64,000 nt of DNA from Cycas panzhihuaensis (taxonomy: Eukaryota; Plantae; Cycadophyta): positions 66,967,741 to 67,031,740 of the forward strand of contig CM041465.1 of the NCBI GenBank assembly GCA_023213395.1. The letters are read 5' to 3'. The notes beneath the pieces are model-generated. The model made no database searches, was not told the DNA's origin, and saw only the letters and a program-made list of their open reading frames with translations. Positions 36,801-51,959 of this stretch are shown here, one piece after another (the stretch's first letter is position 1; each line of letters begins with the position of its first letter). The translations under genes were made by a program, and so were the position numbers.

Positions 36801-39489
36801 TAGAATTATAGAAAATGAAATGACTCCATTATATACTCACCTTAAGAAGCACATAATACCATTGTATTAGGAAACATATGCATTCATCAACTAGTTGTTA
36901 AAGTATATATTTCAAATGTTTAATGAATTTGTATATTATATTATATCATAACTCTGAATATACCATCACTACATGGAGATAAATAAATGTCTAATACATT
37001 AAGATATATGAAAATGACCAATCTACATAAGATTGCATAAGCCAATGCAACCATGAAAGCCAAGCGCAAACTAATAATCTTGTGGAGATAACAAGTTTAT
37101 AAAGAAATATTTTAGGAGCATTGCTACCTAGAAATTCTTATCACAAACTAGTAGCCACTTGAGAAGACATGATCTAACACTTCACAGCTTCTACCTAGTT
37201 TATATTTCCATTGTTGTTTAGATTCTTTCCATAATGTAAGATTCACACTTAGTTTTATTACAATAATATGCAAACCTCATAAGTTAAATATATCATTAGA
37301 GTCTAGAGGGTGATGAGGGTAAATAACAATGAATAAAGATAAATGTAAAAGAGAACAATGAAGAAAATAAATGAAAGGTAAAGATAAGAATAACCAATTA
37401 AGATAGGAGAAGCCTCTCTTTATCTTGAAGTCTTTAGATTATACACCCTCTAGTTCCATGGGTGGTGTTTGAGATCTTAGGTCCCATGATTGTGAGGTCT
37501 CATATATTCTTCTAAGGTGACAACTATTATTATACAAATTATGTAATTGCATGGCATGTTATTTAAGGCCTAAAAATGGCATTCATAAGACCTAGCTCCA
37601 AGGCTTGGTTGGAGCATATACCTACATGTATAATAAAGTTTTACTTGTGTAGAATCCCCTTCTTATAAGTCACCCAATAAAGGCCATTGATTATAGCCCC
37701 ATAAGTTGATACTAGTTTACCATATTTGATTTCATCATACTCTCATATAATGTATCAATCAAGTGATGCAATGCCTTTCTAAGATTTACAAAACATGCTA
37801 TCATTATTAAAATAGAGTGAGCTTATAAGAGACCTACTCTCTCAACTTGTTTGTTATACTAACTTGACCTTATACTTCATCTCCATACTATAATTCATGT
37901 GAATCAAAATTACAAATATGCAAAATTAAGAAAAACTATGGTTAGGAATGTACACTATATAATAATTATGAAACATGACTATATAGAATGAGATTTCTTT
38001 CATTTATCCCCTCTTTCAAGGTAGGTAATTTGCTAGTTAAACTTTCCCCTAACTAGAAACCTACACTTCCTTGTATTTATCTTATAACGTATTCACACCT
38101 AATTTAATCTAAAGCAATCACTAGTTAATGATTCATATATAGTGATGGATCTATTATTTTTCCATTTATATTCATTATTTTCCTTGATTTAATACCACCT
38201 TACATTCGATTAATGTCCTATAATGGATCTTATTCTCCGCTCACCTCCCATGAGGGAAATGATGATAAGGAGTAGAGGGAAATAATACCTAATTAGATGT
38301 GTGGTTGTAAGCCCACTACTTCTACATTTTACAAATTAATATTATATTAATTATTAGATTATGTCATCTTATAATACATCTATACTTTAGGCATAATATT
38401 AAATAGGTAGTGATGACCTAGACTAGTTGCCACATATTGGTCATCATACTAAATTCACCTCTTCTTTCATTGTACCTTCATTATTTCCTTAATTAACCCC
38501 ACCTCTCATCTGATAAGCTAATCATTTTAGTAATCTCTTTTTATATAATTATAATTATTTGTAGTACAACTAATTATTTAGAATATTGGTATTAGGGTTA
38601 ATGCTCATCATCTCACTCCCACCTTCTAATCAGGAGTGCACACCTCACTCTCATCAATTTACACGTGGGTACTTACATGTGTAGGTAAGTATAAGATAAG
38701 TTTAATTTGATTTAAATTAAGTTAAGTTAAGTTCATTTGAGTTAAGTTAAGTTATTATTTTCTTGTTATTTGAATTTTAGAGACTAAGGAGTTTCCCTCC
38801 TCTCCCAAACTATATATTTTGAGGGGTATGCAACCCAAGTGTCTTTATACACCACCTTCATTGTGGACATTTGTAATACTCTCTTTACAATAATGGATTG
38901 AATACAAAGGATTCTTGTTTATGCAATAATGATGTATTGATCTATGATTATTGTTTTTATATTCTACCCTATTCTCCATCATTTATTTTCCTACATTTGG
39001 TATCGCATCAGAGATTGCTCAGCTCTTACATCTCCATTTGAAGTTTTTTGAAAAATAAGGAAGATTTATTGAAATTTTGAGGCAGATTTACTCACATCAA
39101 GAAAGATTAGTTATATTCATTTTCTGAAAAAGTTTATCAGTAGTTTCTTGTATTATTTTTCATCAAATTTGATTATTCTTGAGTTATACTTGTGATATAA
39201 TAAATATATTTCAGATTTTCTTCAGATTTGTTTAGGTGTATAGCTGCAAATAGAAAATATCAAGTTGTTATTACTCTACAAGAGGTTTTATCAATAAGTT
39301 TTATATATTTTTATCATATATTTAATATTTTCAAGTATATTTTATCCATTTATCCCATATTTTTTTCAGATATGTGTAGGAACATAGGTACAAGTAGTAT
39401 TTATTCAAAGTTTTTCTTCAAATCTACTATATATTTTTTCATATTTGCTTATTTTATTAATTATTTTACCATTTTCTAGTTTATTTATT

Positions 39490-39790
39490 TTAGATCTGTA
39501 AATTTACTTCAAATCTGTAATATTAGCTACAGATCTGTAATATTTACTTTATATTTATAATATTTATTTTAGATATGTTATATATTCTTCAGATCTAGTT
39601 ATTTCATCAAATACTTGACCATTTTTCTGGTTTATTTTATTTATATCTATAATATTTACTTTATATCTATAATATTTATTTCAGATATGTAATATTGGCT
39701 ACAAATCTATAATATTTACTTTAAATATGTAATATTTATTCATTTTTTCTTCAGATTTGCTATATATTCTTTTAGATCTGCTGATTTTAT
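39490..39790 (+). repeat. Degenerate ~20-bp tandem repeat (AGATCTGTAATATTTACTTY) in the element C leader
   Basis: Recurring agatctgtaa/atatctataa/agatatgtaa + tattta units. Confidence 0.65.
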
Positions 39791-40295
39791 CATATCTTTG
39801 ACAATTTTTTCAAGATATTTTTTTAAATCTACAAGTTTTGATGCATATTCAGCCCAACAAGCCATATATTATAGCAGATCTACCTACTGGAGAAATCTGT
39901 TTGAAGCTTTGATTTGTGTGGAAGAAGATCTCATCTTTGGAAGTAAACCTGCTATAAATCAACCACAGTTGCTTACCAGATTCTTTGTTTTTTAGATTTA
40001 AACATATATATATTTCTTGGTTCTCTAATAAATCTGCTCCAACATATTTGAAATGTTTTAGATACAAATATATATGTATTTTATTTATTTGATACATTTC
40101 TGTCAATATATTTAAAAATTTTCTAGTTTTATTTGTGGCTCTATTGAATCAGCAAATTCTTTGATATATTTTTGTCAATATATATAATAAAAAAGAAAAA
40201 GGATCTAGTTTAGTTGAAGTATTCATGTTGAAAGGCCTATGCTCATATAAATCTGGGTTGAAGTACAGCTCTTTTACCATTACCCATTAGTATTT

Positions 40296-40620
40296 ACTAC
40301 CAAGTCTCTCCTATGCTAGCTTCTCCATTTCAGGTTCCAACTTCTGACCTGAGTTATATTCCCCAAACTTGGTAGAATCCTACTTTAGCTTGTCATTTTT
40401 TGAAGAGTAATCTTTCTTAACATTTGCTAAAATATTTTTTTCTACTCTATATTTAGTATCAATTGATATTTGAATCTTACGTTGTGTAGATCCATGCCCC
40501 TAATCAAGATCTGCTAAATAATTTGGTAGTGGAAGCTTACTCACAACAAGAACTTCATTTTTCACTTTGTTATATGTGTGACTTTAAGTATAGGCCCAAT
40601 TGTTGAGCCATATCTTCAAA
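40296..40620 (-). pseudogene. DExH1: Captured N-terminal fragment of a DExH-box RNA helicase (plant DExH1, DHX36-like)
   Basis: FEDMAQQLGLYF/HTYNKVKNEVLVVSKLPLPNYLADLD*GHGSTQRKIQISIDTKYRVEKNIL versus recalled DMA.Q.GLYFHAYNKGK.LVVSKVPLP.YRADLDERHGSTQKEI.MS. Conserved part is 40425-40620, with a 4-nt insertion at 40582-40585. Confidence 0.88.
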
Positions 40621-40712
40621 AAGATGAGCATCTAAAGGTGAGATTAAGAATGATAAAGAAACACCATAATAGAATAAAAACACACATTTGGTGAGGATTG
40701 AAGACATATCCA

Positions 40713-40839
<127 letters not shown>

Positions 40840-40979
40840 AGAAAACCTATAAGATTCCTTAGATTCTCATTGCAGTGCCTTAGAAGCTAGCTTTATCTTC
40901 ATACATGTCAACAACATTGGGTATAATATTTTAGAGAAGTTCACTACTTCCCCTTTTATTTGTACCTATCCCATTTAAT

Positions 40980-41215
40980 AGACGGAGGGGTGATGAGAAT
41001 GATTCCTTCCTTGAGGCTGACAGGAGAGAATTAGCAAAGAGAGAAGCTGTAGCCAAAAGGGTTCATCCAACTTTAAACACATCCACATTTGCTAGCTTAT
41101 TCACAAGTTCTCCAACACCCACATCTATTTTTTCTAGGATGTCACAAGCTACACAATCAACTTCAGGAATATTTCCTACTACTTCATCTAGCTCTAGATT
41201 TAGCTCTCCAACAGG
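40980..41215 (+). pseudogene. NUP58: Captured C-terminal fragment of nucleoporin NUP58
   Basis: RRRGDENDSFLEADRRELAKREAVAKRVHPTL followed in frame by an S/T/F-rich tail. Recalled plant NUP58: QRRRG..NDPFLEADRRETAKQEAAAKRVHPTLH. Confidence 0.88.
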
Positions 41216-41715
41216 TCTGCTTTCTCATCTTCAAGCTCATCATCTTTTTTCTTCTCTATGCCTTCATCTTCTGTATCTAATTTTTTTTGCAACACGTGGG
41301 CATCTTGCAAATACTACACAATAAAATTTTCACACTTCTGAAATAGAAGGTAATAGAAAAGAGGCCAGTTGTTAAGCACCTAGCCACTAATGAACACTAC
41401 ACTAAATAACAGGTCCAAGATATTAACAAGCCAATGTTTTAAAAGAAACTTATATATAAACCCTGAAGAATCCATATTAATTTAAAAATAAATTAAGTAA
41501 CCAAGAAATTTCCCTGTTAAGTTCAGGGCTGAAGTCTGAGTTTCTAAATAGTCTAATGAAGCAGGTCAAACCGGGGGCCAACAAACAGTTGCCCAGAGCA
41601 TTAAATCGTAAGTAGAGTTCGACATCTTTTGGAAAGAGATATCCAGTGGCTGATCACTTAGCACTCGCCTATAACTCCCTACGTTGTTGTTGCTCTATTA
41701 TCGTAAGCATCACCT

Positions 41716-41772
41716 TCCTCCAAGTAAAGGACCAGCAAGATCCAATTATTTGTTACCATAGTGGTCTCTATC
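41716..41772 (-). pseudogene. NRPB2: Captured 57-nt fragment of the RNA polymerase II second-largest subunit
   Basis: DRDHYGNK*LDLAGPLLGG versus the highly conserved RPB2 motif DDRDHYGNKRLDLAGPLLGG (18 of 19 residues). Confidence 0.92.
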
Positions 41773-43637
41773 ATATCCCAACAATGCTTTATTTGAATAC
41801 CAATCTCACCAAATGGACAGAGACGTCAAGTTTGAAATGTACCAACTATTTTAAACACACCCCTTTAACACCTTCTAGGCCCATTTTGCATAATATTGTT
41901 TACAAAATACTGTTCCAAGCCAATATAGCTGCTAAGCTCATTTGCACGTTCAACAAGTTTAGTTTTATCTCAGCCTATTGTCTTCAAGTACCCAAGCCAT
42001 GCTTAATATGTAAATTCTTTGACATTCATACCAATTTTGGATAATGCATATTGTACACTTGATTTCATATGCCCCTCGATATGAGATTTCAATAAAATTG
42101 ATTGTGCATATGAGTTTTTCTAGGCATTGGAAGATGGTTGTTATTGCCTACATTGACAGTCAAATCCCCAAAGATGAACCTCGCATCTCTAGTTCTCTGC
42201 ACAAGTCTGTGTGACATGCAATGTCTACACAGGGGGCATTTTGCAGGCTGCAACAGCAATGACGACACATCACAACATTCAAGGTACCATTCAAAATTTT
42301 CATTTTTTTATTTTTTCATCTTTTTTAAGTTTAAAAAAATAAATTTTATTATATAAAGTTTGAAATCTAGGGTTTTAAGCATTAGTCCCTTTACACTCTA
42401 GCCCTCAGTCTCATATTCATATTCATATGACCTTTAGCTTGTTTAAAAGGGGCTACCAACCTTATAAACAAATTTTTCTTTTTATTTTTTTATTTTTCCA
42501 CTCAACATAGAGTACCTGAAAATTTGTTTATTATAACTTCTCACTAGGTCATCAGTTTCTGACAAAACCTATTCCATTGCATCTAGAATTTTCTAAGGTA
42601 TAATTTTGAATGATCATATGACCTATTTGGAGCTGATTTGATAAGGTTTTAATAAGTTCCAAGTCAGGTATTGATTTTTAGAGCTTTTTAAAACTATTTT
42701 CATAAAATCTATTTTTCATTAGATTATATTTTATCACTAAGAGATTATTTTCTACCTGGATCTATTCTGTAGATATCTACTATCAACAGACTTCATTACG
42801 ATCTATTTATTTCATTTTTTAAGATTTATTTTAATCATTATTTTAATCGACCAAAGTGACACTTTAGTATTTTTTAGCACTTTTTAAACATTTTATATAA
42901 ATGTATTTGTTGCCATTTTCAGTATAACTTATCTGTTTTACATCAGAATTTAGATCTGTCAATTTTACTGGGAAGGTGACCCACTCTTCTTCGAACTGGC
43001 ACTATTTTTTATAAGTTTTAAAGTCTTTTTGCTGATTTTAAAAAGCATTAAAATAAAGGTACTTAATAGCCTCTAATCTATCATTATTACACATTTTGTA
43101 TATATTTTTTCTCAAATTTTTAATTGAAAAGTATATTGAGTAGCCTTCTAAACTATAATTAATTATTTTACAACATTCTACAAATTTTTTATTAGCATTT
43201 TTATAATATTTTGAGCCTCAGGCTCTTGTTAAGCCTTAAAAAGAGGAATGTATCTTTGATTCACTTAAATATTAACTTCCAGGAACCCGTTTTTAAAAAG
43301 GTCAATTCAATTGAATAGATATTTCATTAATCTTCAATTTGGTATAGTTTCATTTTATTCTGATATTATTTAGTGCAGCTTTGAAGCTGTTAAACTTGAG
43401 CATCAAAGTATATCCTAAAAGGCTTATCTTAAGAACCTTTTATTTTTTCATCATCAAAGTTTCAATTTAGACCTAGTTAAGAGGATCTTAATTACAATTA
43501 AAATTTACTCATATATTCATTATATTTTAAATTTTATCTGAAATTATATCTTATAAGTTTCTCATATTTGTTGATTTATTGAGTTTTTTAACTTAGTAAA
43601 AGTATATTCTTTTTAATGTACTAAAGTTTTCGGTAAA

Positions 43638-43910
43638 ATGGTAATCAATCTTGATCAAGTACAATTTCCTATATTTAATGGCCATAATTTTTCACTATGG
43701 CATAAAACTATGCAAAATTATTTTGTTACACATGATCTTTAGAAATACTTACAAGATGAGTATGATGTTAGTATTAAGAAAAATATTAAAAAAGATAATG
43801 AAGCATTAGCTTTACTATTTTGCATTATAGATGATAATGTCTTTTCTAGAGTTTGTAAACTAATAACTTCTAAATCTGTGTGGGACATTTTGATTTCTAC
43901 TTATGGGGGA
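43638..43910 (+). pseudogene. Degenerate copia-type gag N-terminus of element C
   Basis: MVINLDQVQFPIFNGHNFSLWHKTMQNYFVTHDL*KYL, followed by DNEAL, IDDNVFSRV and SKSVWDIL-like motifs. Confidence 0.75.
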
Positions 43911-46900
43911 GATACTCTCAATGAATTTAACATTGATGTTGAGTATGTGAGATAGATGCTAGAACAAGTGGATTGTAATAACAAGACCAAGGAAGATTCG
44001 AGTCAAATATATGATCATCTTGTTACACAAGAACTTGATCCTCCATTTGAGGGGGAGAGATATGATGATATGACAGTTATTCACAACACAAAGTTTTCAG
44101 AAGACAAAGTTCAAGTTCAAAGTTTTCTTAAAGTTCAAGTTGACAAAGTTAAAGTTGTAGCTACACATACACGTTTGAATCAAGCTTTATTTACTTACAT
44201 ATTTTTTGCACCACTCAATGGTGAAGACATATACATTGCTAAAGGGATGAAGCAAGTTCATAATGATTAGGCCAAAAGATAAATCTTTAAAGTTTTTTTC
44301 AATTATAAATTTCACAAGTTTAAGGAGAAGACATTGTTCATGATGATTTTTAAGAGGGAGAATATTGGCATTAATGCTCATCACCCCACTCCCACCTTCC
44401 AACCAAGAGTGCATACCTCACTCTCATCAATTTACACATGTGGGTGCTCACATGTGTAGGTAAGTATAAGGTAAGCTTAATTTGATTTAAGTTAAGTTGA
44501 GTTAAGTTATTATTTTATTGTTATTTGAATTTTAGGGGTTGAGGAGTTTCCCTCCTCCTCCAAACTATATATTTTGAGGGGTGTGCAACCTTAGTGTCTT
44601 TAGACACTGTCTTTATTGTGGACATTTGTAATAATCTCTTCACAATAATGGATTGAATACAAAAGATTCTTGTTTATACAAAAATGATGTATTCATCTAT
44701 GATTATTGTGTTTATGTTATGCAATGTTCTCTATCGTTTATTTTCCTACAGTTGGAATATTAATTTTTACCAATATTTATGTAATGTTTAATTAATAAGC
44801 CAAGGTTATAATTAACTGATATCGAAATATAATTTTATAGTGATGAAGTTATACATCTATATAAGGATAATAATTATTACAATGAAAAATAGATCACCTA
44901 ATTTTCTTTACGAGGATAAGATGACTCATCATGTGGTTCATTGGTTACTCTTCTTAATATGAATTCTCATAGATATTTGAAGGTAGTTTTTCCTATTCAT
45001 AGATTCTCTACATTGAATATGGTATATATAAAGTGTATGCATTACAACTCTTATGCCCTTTGATTACTTGGGAATTAGTCTAGGCTAAGTACCTCTCAAT
45101 AACTTTATGTTTCTTCCATTTCTAATGAAAATCAATAGATATATCAACCTATAGAAACCCTAGAAGTAACTTTGTCCAACTTGTAAGAAGAAGTCCCAAC
45201 TTGGTTATGTTGTATAGTTGGAAATGATGAAAGGCAAAAGGGTAAGATATGTGAATGACACTTGGTAAAGGAATATGCTAGCCTACATAATCAAGTAGAG
45301 GATATATAAGTTCATAGCTACATTAGCAATGCTTTTGTTTTACTTACTTATTTTTTGTTATTCCTTCCCTTATATTTTTCAACATCTTAGGTTTAATTAG
45401 GTAAAAGAAAGGCTAAAATAAAAAAGAATGTGATCATACACTTGTAAAAAGCAACAAAAAGAGACTAATAAATCTAAGGAAAATCACTTTTCAAATTAAA
45501 TAAATAAATAAATAATCATATTAACTCCTTTTTTTCCAATGGAAATCCTATTAAGAAATAAAATAAACTAATTTAAAATCTTCAAACTAACTTTTATTTT
45601 AAATAAAAAGATTTATGAAACAAACCTTTTTAAAGGAAACCTTTCACACATACCCAAACAATGAAGGTTGAAGCGATATGAAGTTCCTAAACTTCTTCTT
45701 CTTGCATGTATAATCTTTAATAAATTTTATAGTTTTTCAAGCATAGAATAAATCTAAATGAAAGAAATGAACTATAAAATTTAATATAAAAAGTATAAAC
45801 TTAATATGTAACCTCATTGTCGACTTGAACAACCCATGAAAAATGACACATAGTGTGTAGATTCACCATGCAAGCAAGAACTTAGTTCATATATCACACT
45901 AAAATATTAGATTAGGAGCATAGAAAGATTTTACCACTGACTGAACAATATAACTATGAAATTATTGAATTGATTCTATTTCTTATAAAATAAAATAGTA
46001 AACAAGAAGTATACAAAGGTTATTCTCTTTTATATTTTTTTAATTATACATCTTCTAGACAAAGAAGAAGGAAAAGAGTAAATAATCAAGGAAAGTGAAT
46101 TACGTAATCCCAAGATGCTCAATGTATGAAACTATATATATGCCTCAGCATAGTAATATTCCCCTTATTGACCAATCTTTCACCAGTTTTCCTTTTAATA
46201 TAAGTAAGAAAAGGAGAAATTTGGGAAGAAACCACCAAATCTAGCACCAAATTAAAAGAGATAAGACAAAGACCTCTTAGAAATCTTGACTGCTATGAAG
46301 AATGAAAGGGAGAAGCTATGAAATATGATGAAGTGATAGATTACTCTTCTCTATAGCAAACCCTATGAACACCATAAGGGCCTAATCTTTTAGCCAAGAT
46401 TAATTCAAGGAAAATCATGGAACAAGAAGAACTAGACCTAAGATTAAGAAGGTGACATTAAAAAATGCACAATATAATAAGTAACCATTCAAAAATAATA
46501 AAAAAATATTACCAAACTTGTAATAAGAGAGTTGGTGCTCAAATAAAGGCTTTATAGAGGATAAACATCTTAGGAAATCTTAGAAAATAGGGTTAAATAA
46601 TAGCACAAATTATATCTCTAAGTTTTTTTCTTCTTAATTCTCTCTTTTTCGACTTCTCTTCTCTCTTTCTTTAAAGATATAAGCACAAAAATCATAATAA
46701 TTTACTCTCTAATCAATTCTCTAAGGTTTCAGGGGTTTTTGGGCAAGAAAGAAGGAGTTACCATCAAATCTAGGCAAGAACATATGAAAAAGAGAGAAAA
46801 AATAGCATATTTGACTAAAAAATTAGCCTACATAATAATAAAAAAAAACGTTATTTCCTACATAAAGCATGATTGACTATGTTTTATATAGAACAAAAAA

Positions 46901-49299
46901 TGTAACTTGTTATATAAAACACAATCAGTCAATTTTTTCGCAATATTGAAAAAGGGATGGTAAAAACTAAAAAAAATCATAAATAAAGTTTAACAACTTA
47001 TTAGAGTATTGCCAAACATTGAAGTAAAATAACTTTATTAAAGACAAAGAGTAGCCGAGAAAAAGTGATAAATTAAGCACAAGGCACAAAAATATTAAAA
47101 ATTGAAGCCATAGTATAAGAACAAGAGGAAAGGATAGAAGCACAAAGTACTTTAAAAGTAAAAAGTGAATCAGAATGTCTTAGGGAAAGATTTTGATGCT
47201 ATAGTTTTATTCATCAACATATGGAAGACATAACAATACATTCATCATCAACAATATTTACATTTCCATTCACCAAAATCATATCAAATTGACTTAAAAA
47301 CATAATATGATATTCCAAATAGTAAATATAATCTCATTTAATAAGCAAATATATCAATGATCAAGTAAATCAATCAGCTAAAGTTTGGTGAAACATTTGC
47401 CCACTTGATAGCTAAAGCTCTTACTTTTAGACATAAGCAATATGGTGAGAGATAGAAACATTTCATAACTTGAAGTCTCTCAAAATTTACAGAAAAAGGA
47501 AATGAGTGATTATTATATGAATGATGAAAATATAAAATGGAATACAAATAAGCTAGAAACTATCCAAATTAAGTTAAGAATAAACCTTAACTTTACTACA
47601 ACACTAGGTGAAGAGTGCCATAAAAATATATATCAAATAGATATGGCTTAAAAGATAAACTACTACAAAGATGTTGATAAATATGATGGGGCTTAAAACT
47701 TTCTAAAATGATGGTACTACTGGAGATTCCCATAAACTGCATAGGGCTCAAGAACTAAGTGATCATAATTTTACTTTGTTAACCATACTTTAGAGGTAAG
47801 GTTCTTTTTGCCATAGCGTAAAGGATAAACTATCATAGTTCATAAGCTCATTAATAGGTGACTTTTTAGATCTTGATTGTTATAGTTTAGGTTCATCAAT
47901 AATTAGGTTTTATAGTGTCATATTATCATAGTTTTGGCTCTTTAATAGGTGGAATTTTGGAGCAAAAGGCCTTGAAAGAGAATCATTAAAACCTATATAA
48001 GTTACCATATTTGAGGAAGAATAACCATCACTAAAAAGAATTATTACCAAATAAAATACCTTAATTGATGGAAAAGATACCAACATTCTAAGTTTAGGGA
48101 AGTCAATTTAAAAAATGATAACTAAAGATGAGTCATACTAACTTTAATGGATAAAATGAATTTATGAAAAAAAAAAGACCAAAAATCTAAAGAAATAGTC
48201 CCTCTTTATAAGGTAATAGGAGATTTTTTATTTTATTTTTATAGGTAAGAGCTGGAGATTAGTGGTCTAGAGGGCTCTTTTCTAACAGTTGGAGGTGATA
48301 GATAGACCATTTGAGAGTGGGATATGAAGAAGAACAGGGAGTAGGAGATGGAAGAAAAGGAGGTATAAGAGGCTCCTTAAGAGACTCTTTAGGAGCCTCA
48401 AGAAGAGGTGATGTTACAACTAGTAAAGGAGATGGTGGTCGAACCATTAGGAGGAGTCTAGCTAAGAGGTGGAGAACCATAACTAGCAGGTACATTACTT
48501 ATTTTCATTTTATGTTTTGGTTATATCTCTCTTTTTGTTATTTATTCTCTCATTTAATTGGGGAATGATCATGATCATATATAATCTACATTAACAAGTG
48601 AAGGGATCTTGGCCCTATCTAAGATTTGAAGACTATTAGACCTAATATTCCTATATGCATCGATTGTGGAAGGGTCTCCAATATAGAATATGATTAATCA
48701 AACTTTGTAGGGTGACCATATCAAGTATTTTATTCTATCACTATGAGCTCATGATATATTTCAGGATGTAAAGATGGAGCTAAGGCTCTAGGAGACTGAG
48801 CTCAAAGTAGTTGAGGATGAGAAATGACATATGTGGAGGATGACCCTCATGTAGGTAGGGGGATAGGTCATTCCATTTGAAAGTATGATAGTTTAGTAGG
48901 GGAGGTAGTTTCCACCTAGGACGGAGTCAACAAACAAACATATTCCATTCTAAGATAAGCGAGTTTATCCAGATAGGGGATAGGAGAGATCTCACCAAGG
49001 ATCACATAGATGAGCATATCTTGTATAAAGAGGAGATATGAAGGAGGTAGAAAGCATCCTAGTCTCTAATGATGTACTATGAGCCACATGATGACAAATG
49101 CATTTTATGATGACCATGTTTTTATGGATGTACATATATTAATCATTCCAGTTACCATTTATGTAATTATGTGGATGAAACATTAACTCTTTATCCATCC
49201 ACTCCTTTTATCCCTTCTTTATATTATGCATAATATATACTCATTTGTGTGATTGATTCTGAAATCATATAAAAAAGAGAAAGGACCTTATTATTATTA

Positions 49300-51959
49300 T
49301 TATTATTATTTATTAGTATGTACATGATAGTTTTTATTCATCTCAGAGTAAAAGAGGTTTCTCAAAAAAGAGAAATATAAGGCATAATGAAGGAAAGAAA
49401 AATAGTTTAAATCATAGGAGGAAGTAGATGGAAAAGATTTATGAATTCCATTCTTATAAACTTAAAATTATTGAAAAGTTAAATGGTAATAAGTTTATCA
49501 GACCAAAAGATAAAACAATAAAGACTGTCTATAGAAGAAGGATTTATATCATTCACATTATACTTAAGATAGATTATACAAGCACAGATCGAAATCCATA
49601 TCTATATAATATATCAAGAGAAAAACATATTATTTATAAAATAAAAGGTGAGTTTTACTTGATAAACAACTAGTTTTTTGAGTATATAGGATTTTTCATT
49701 AGTTCCTTCTAGGGGCAAAAGGCTTTGAGGGACTTGCCCCTTCCAAGATCCTCCTTGACCCATGATTCCCATGTAGGTCTATCTTTTGTAACACTTCATC
49801 TTGTACAAAATCTATCAATTTAGACTCCACAAAACTCATACTTCTACCTCTAAAACCCATAGATTATAGTCTTTATGGAATGATAGTTTATACTCATTTC
49901 GAAGTGATAGTTTATACTTATTCTAGGGTAGTAGTTTATACTCATTCTGAAGTAGGGTGTCCTCAACATAGGATGAAATCTACCAAAGGTAGTTATTTAG
50001 GATAAAAGAAACTATAGTATTACCTTTTGTATTAAAACATCATGAAATATACTCGATGGTAACTAAAGAGAACAAAGATATCAATGATAAAACTTGATGG
50101 TAAAAAGTAAGGAGCCATGGGGAATGGACCTGATAAGTACCAACCAACTGATAAAGGATAACTTAAGAATCAAAGTAGATGATAGTAGGATCATTGTAAA
50201 AGTAGGAAATATCTAGCAAGGCTCTTATAGTAGAAGAATAATCAACTTCATTATTGGTGGCTCTAAGTAAAAATACACCTACATATGAGAGAAGATTTTT
50301 TTATTACTCTTAAATCACCCATATAATAATAGATTGTCTTGGGTTGCCTCTACTACCTTCATCAGTGAGTATACTCAATACCATAAGAAAGATATGAACT
50401 AAATTTAGAGATAGAGTGATTAATGAAGGGAAATTATAAAAATTAATTAATGAAGAGTTGGTATAGAATAATATAATAATGGTTTCAACTACAAGGAGTA
50501 AATGATAATATCATAACTAGGATAACAACTAATGGTCAAAAGATGCCAAATAAGGTTTAATAACAATTAAGGCTATGGTGGATCTAAGGATTTAGATCTA
50601 AATATCCTAAGTGATGAACCCAAATTAAATAAACCTATAATCAATATAGGTGGTGTTGAAGCCATCACATGATTTTCCCTAGATAATAGAAGGATAGTAA
50701 TAATAATATTTTTTACTTTTTTTTTGTTTACTTCTTTCTTTTTATTTATTTATATATATATTTTAACTTCTTTTCAATATTTATAGAAGAGAGGATTTGA
50801 GATTCATCTAATTATAACATATCCCTTCTCAATGTATTAAGGATTAGTCATTTTTAACAAGACCAAAATGGCATAGGGGTAACCGAACTCCTCAAAGAGT
50901 AAATCGTAGGTAATAAAAAGAAATCTAAATCACAATGTCTTTAAACATATAGGAAAGGCGACTGAATAAACATTCACCTTGAGAGTGCAAATAAGGTAAA
51001 TCAAGGATTAACATAAAAAGAAAAGTAAGTGATATAAGATCAAAAAGAAACTTCTAAGTCAAAAGGAAAGGTCTATAAAGTAGATTAAATAATTAGCATA
51101 ATAAGTAAAGTTGACAACATAGATCTTATGTCATAAATAACTATTAAGGGTGAAATTAGAAGCCAAGGTTCTCTTCTGAGTTACAAGCTCAAAGGAGAAG
51201 AAGTTGAAGGATGGTGATAAAAGAAGGATTCTAGGAACCAATGCCTATGTTAAAAAAATATAGAAGTCTTATATAGTTAATAGAATATCACTTAATAAAA
51301 GTAAGAGGAAACTAAAAGAACATAAAGAATAATTGAAGACAGAGATTATTTATAGTTTTAGCTCACTAGATAATATAACTTCTCAGAGTTGTAGTTTTAT
51401 CATTATTATAAAGATAGGATATCCATCTAGATTGTCTATCTCTTGGAGATATAGTTTATATTTATTATAAAGTTATTCTTATAGTGTCCCCTAACTCCAA
51501 GTTAATATTAACTATCTCTCCTATGAGCATGGTATTTCCTTCTTAAAAATAAGGAGGAGTAGGTTCTACTAAAGAAACACATTCCTTAGATTAAGAATAA
51601 GTATCTAGAGGAGAATTTTAATAAAGTATTTTTGAAAAACCTAACTTGTGATGACAAGAAAGAAGACTAGGGGTAGAGCTAGCTAAATACTCAAGGATTG
51701 CCTCATTATTCTTGAAATGGTCTAAATAGAAGAGATTGTCAAGGATAATATTCTTTTATAAGCTATAAGGAGGAGATGATGTCTTAACAATTTGGGGACC
51801 ATTAAATAAAAGATTTTGATGACTTGGTAAAAACTCAATAATCTAAGAGGCTTGGGTAAATGGAATTGGTTTACTAATAAATTTCCAAGTCAAAGTGAAG
51901 ACTTAATTAAATTTATCATAGTCAAAAGAATAATCATGGTCAAATAGGGTGATATAAAT
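49300..51959 (+). mobile_element. Very decayed L1-type LINE (endonuclease traces at ~51400-51950), interrupted by element B
   Basis: Traces resembling IV.LLET, GGDFN, G..FTW and RLDRF in the expected order. Left boundary is uncertain. Confidence 0.4.

Larger units (their letters stand above)
31365..38589 (+). mobile_element. Decayed Ty3/gypsy pol remnant (RNase H, integrase) hosting element D; its downstream LTR hosts element C
   Basis: DAS..AIGGV-like trace at ~31570-31610, and integrase C-terminal L.LP...YNVF-like trace at ~38050-38110. Sequence continues across the TSD of D. Confidence 0.45.

Noticed and set aside
47820-49960. Short 2-3 copy repeats (~47830-47960 and 24-bp units at ~49882-49953) and ORFs at 48259-48568
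   Set aside because: Too few and too degenerate to interpret. Most likely decayed retroelement sequence.
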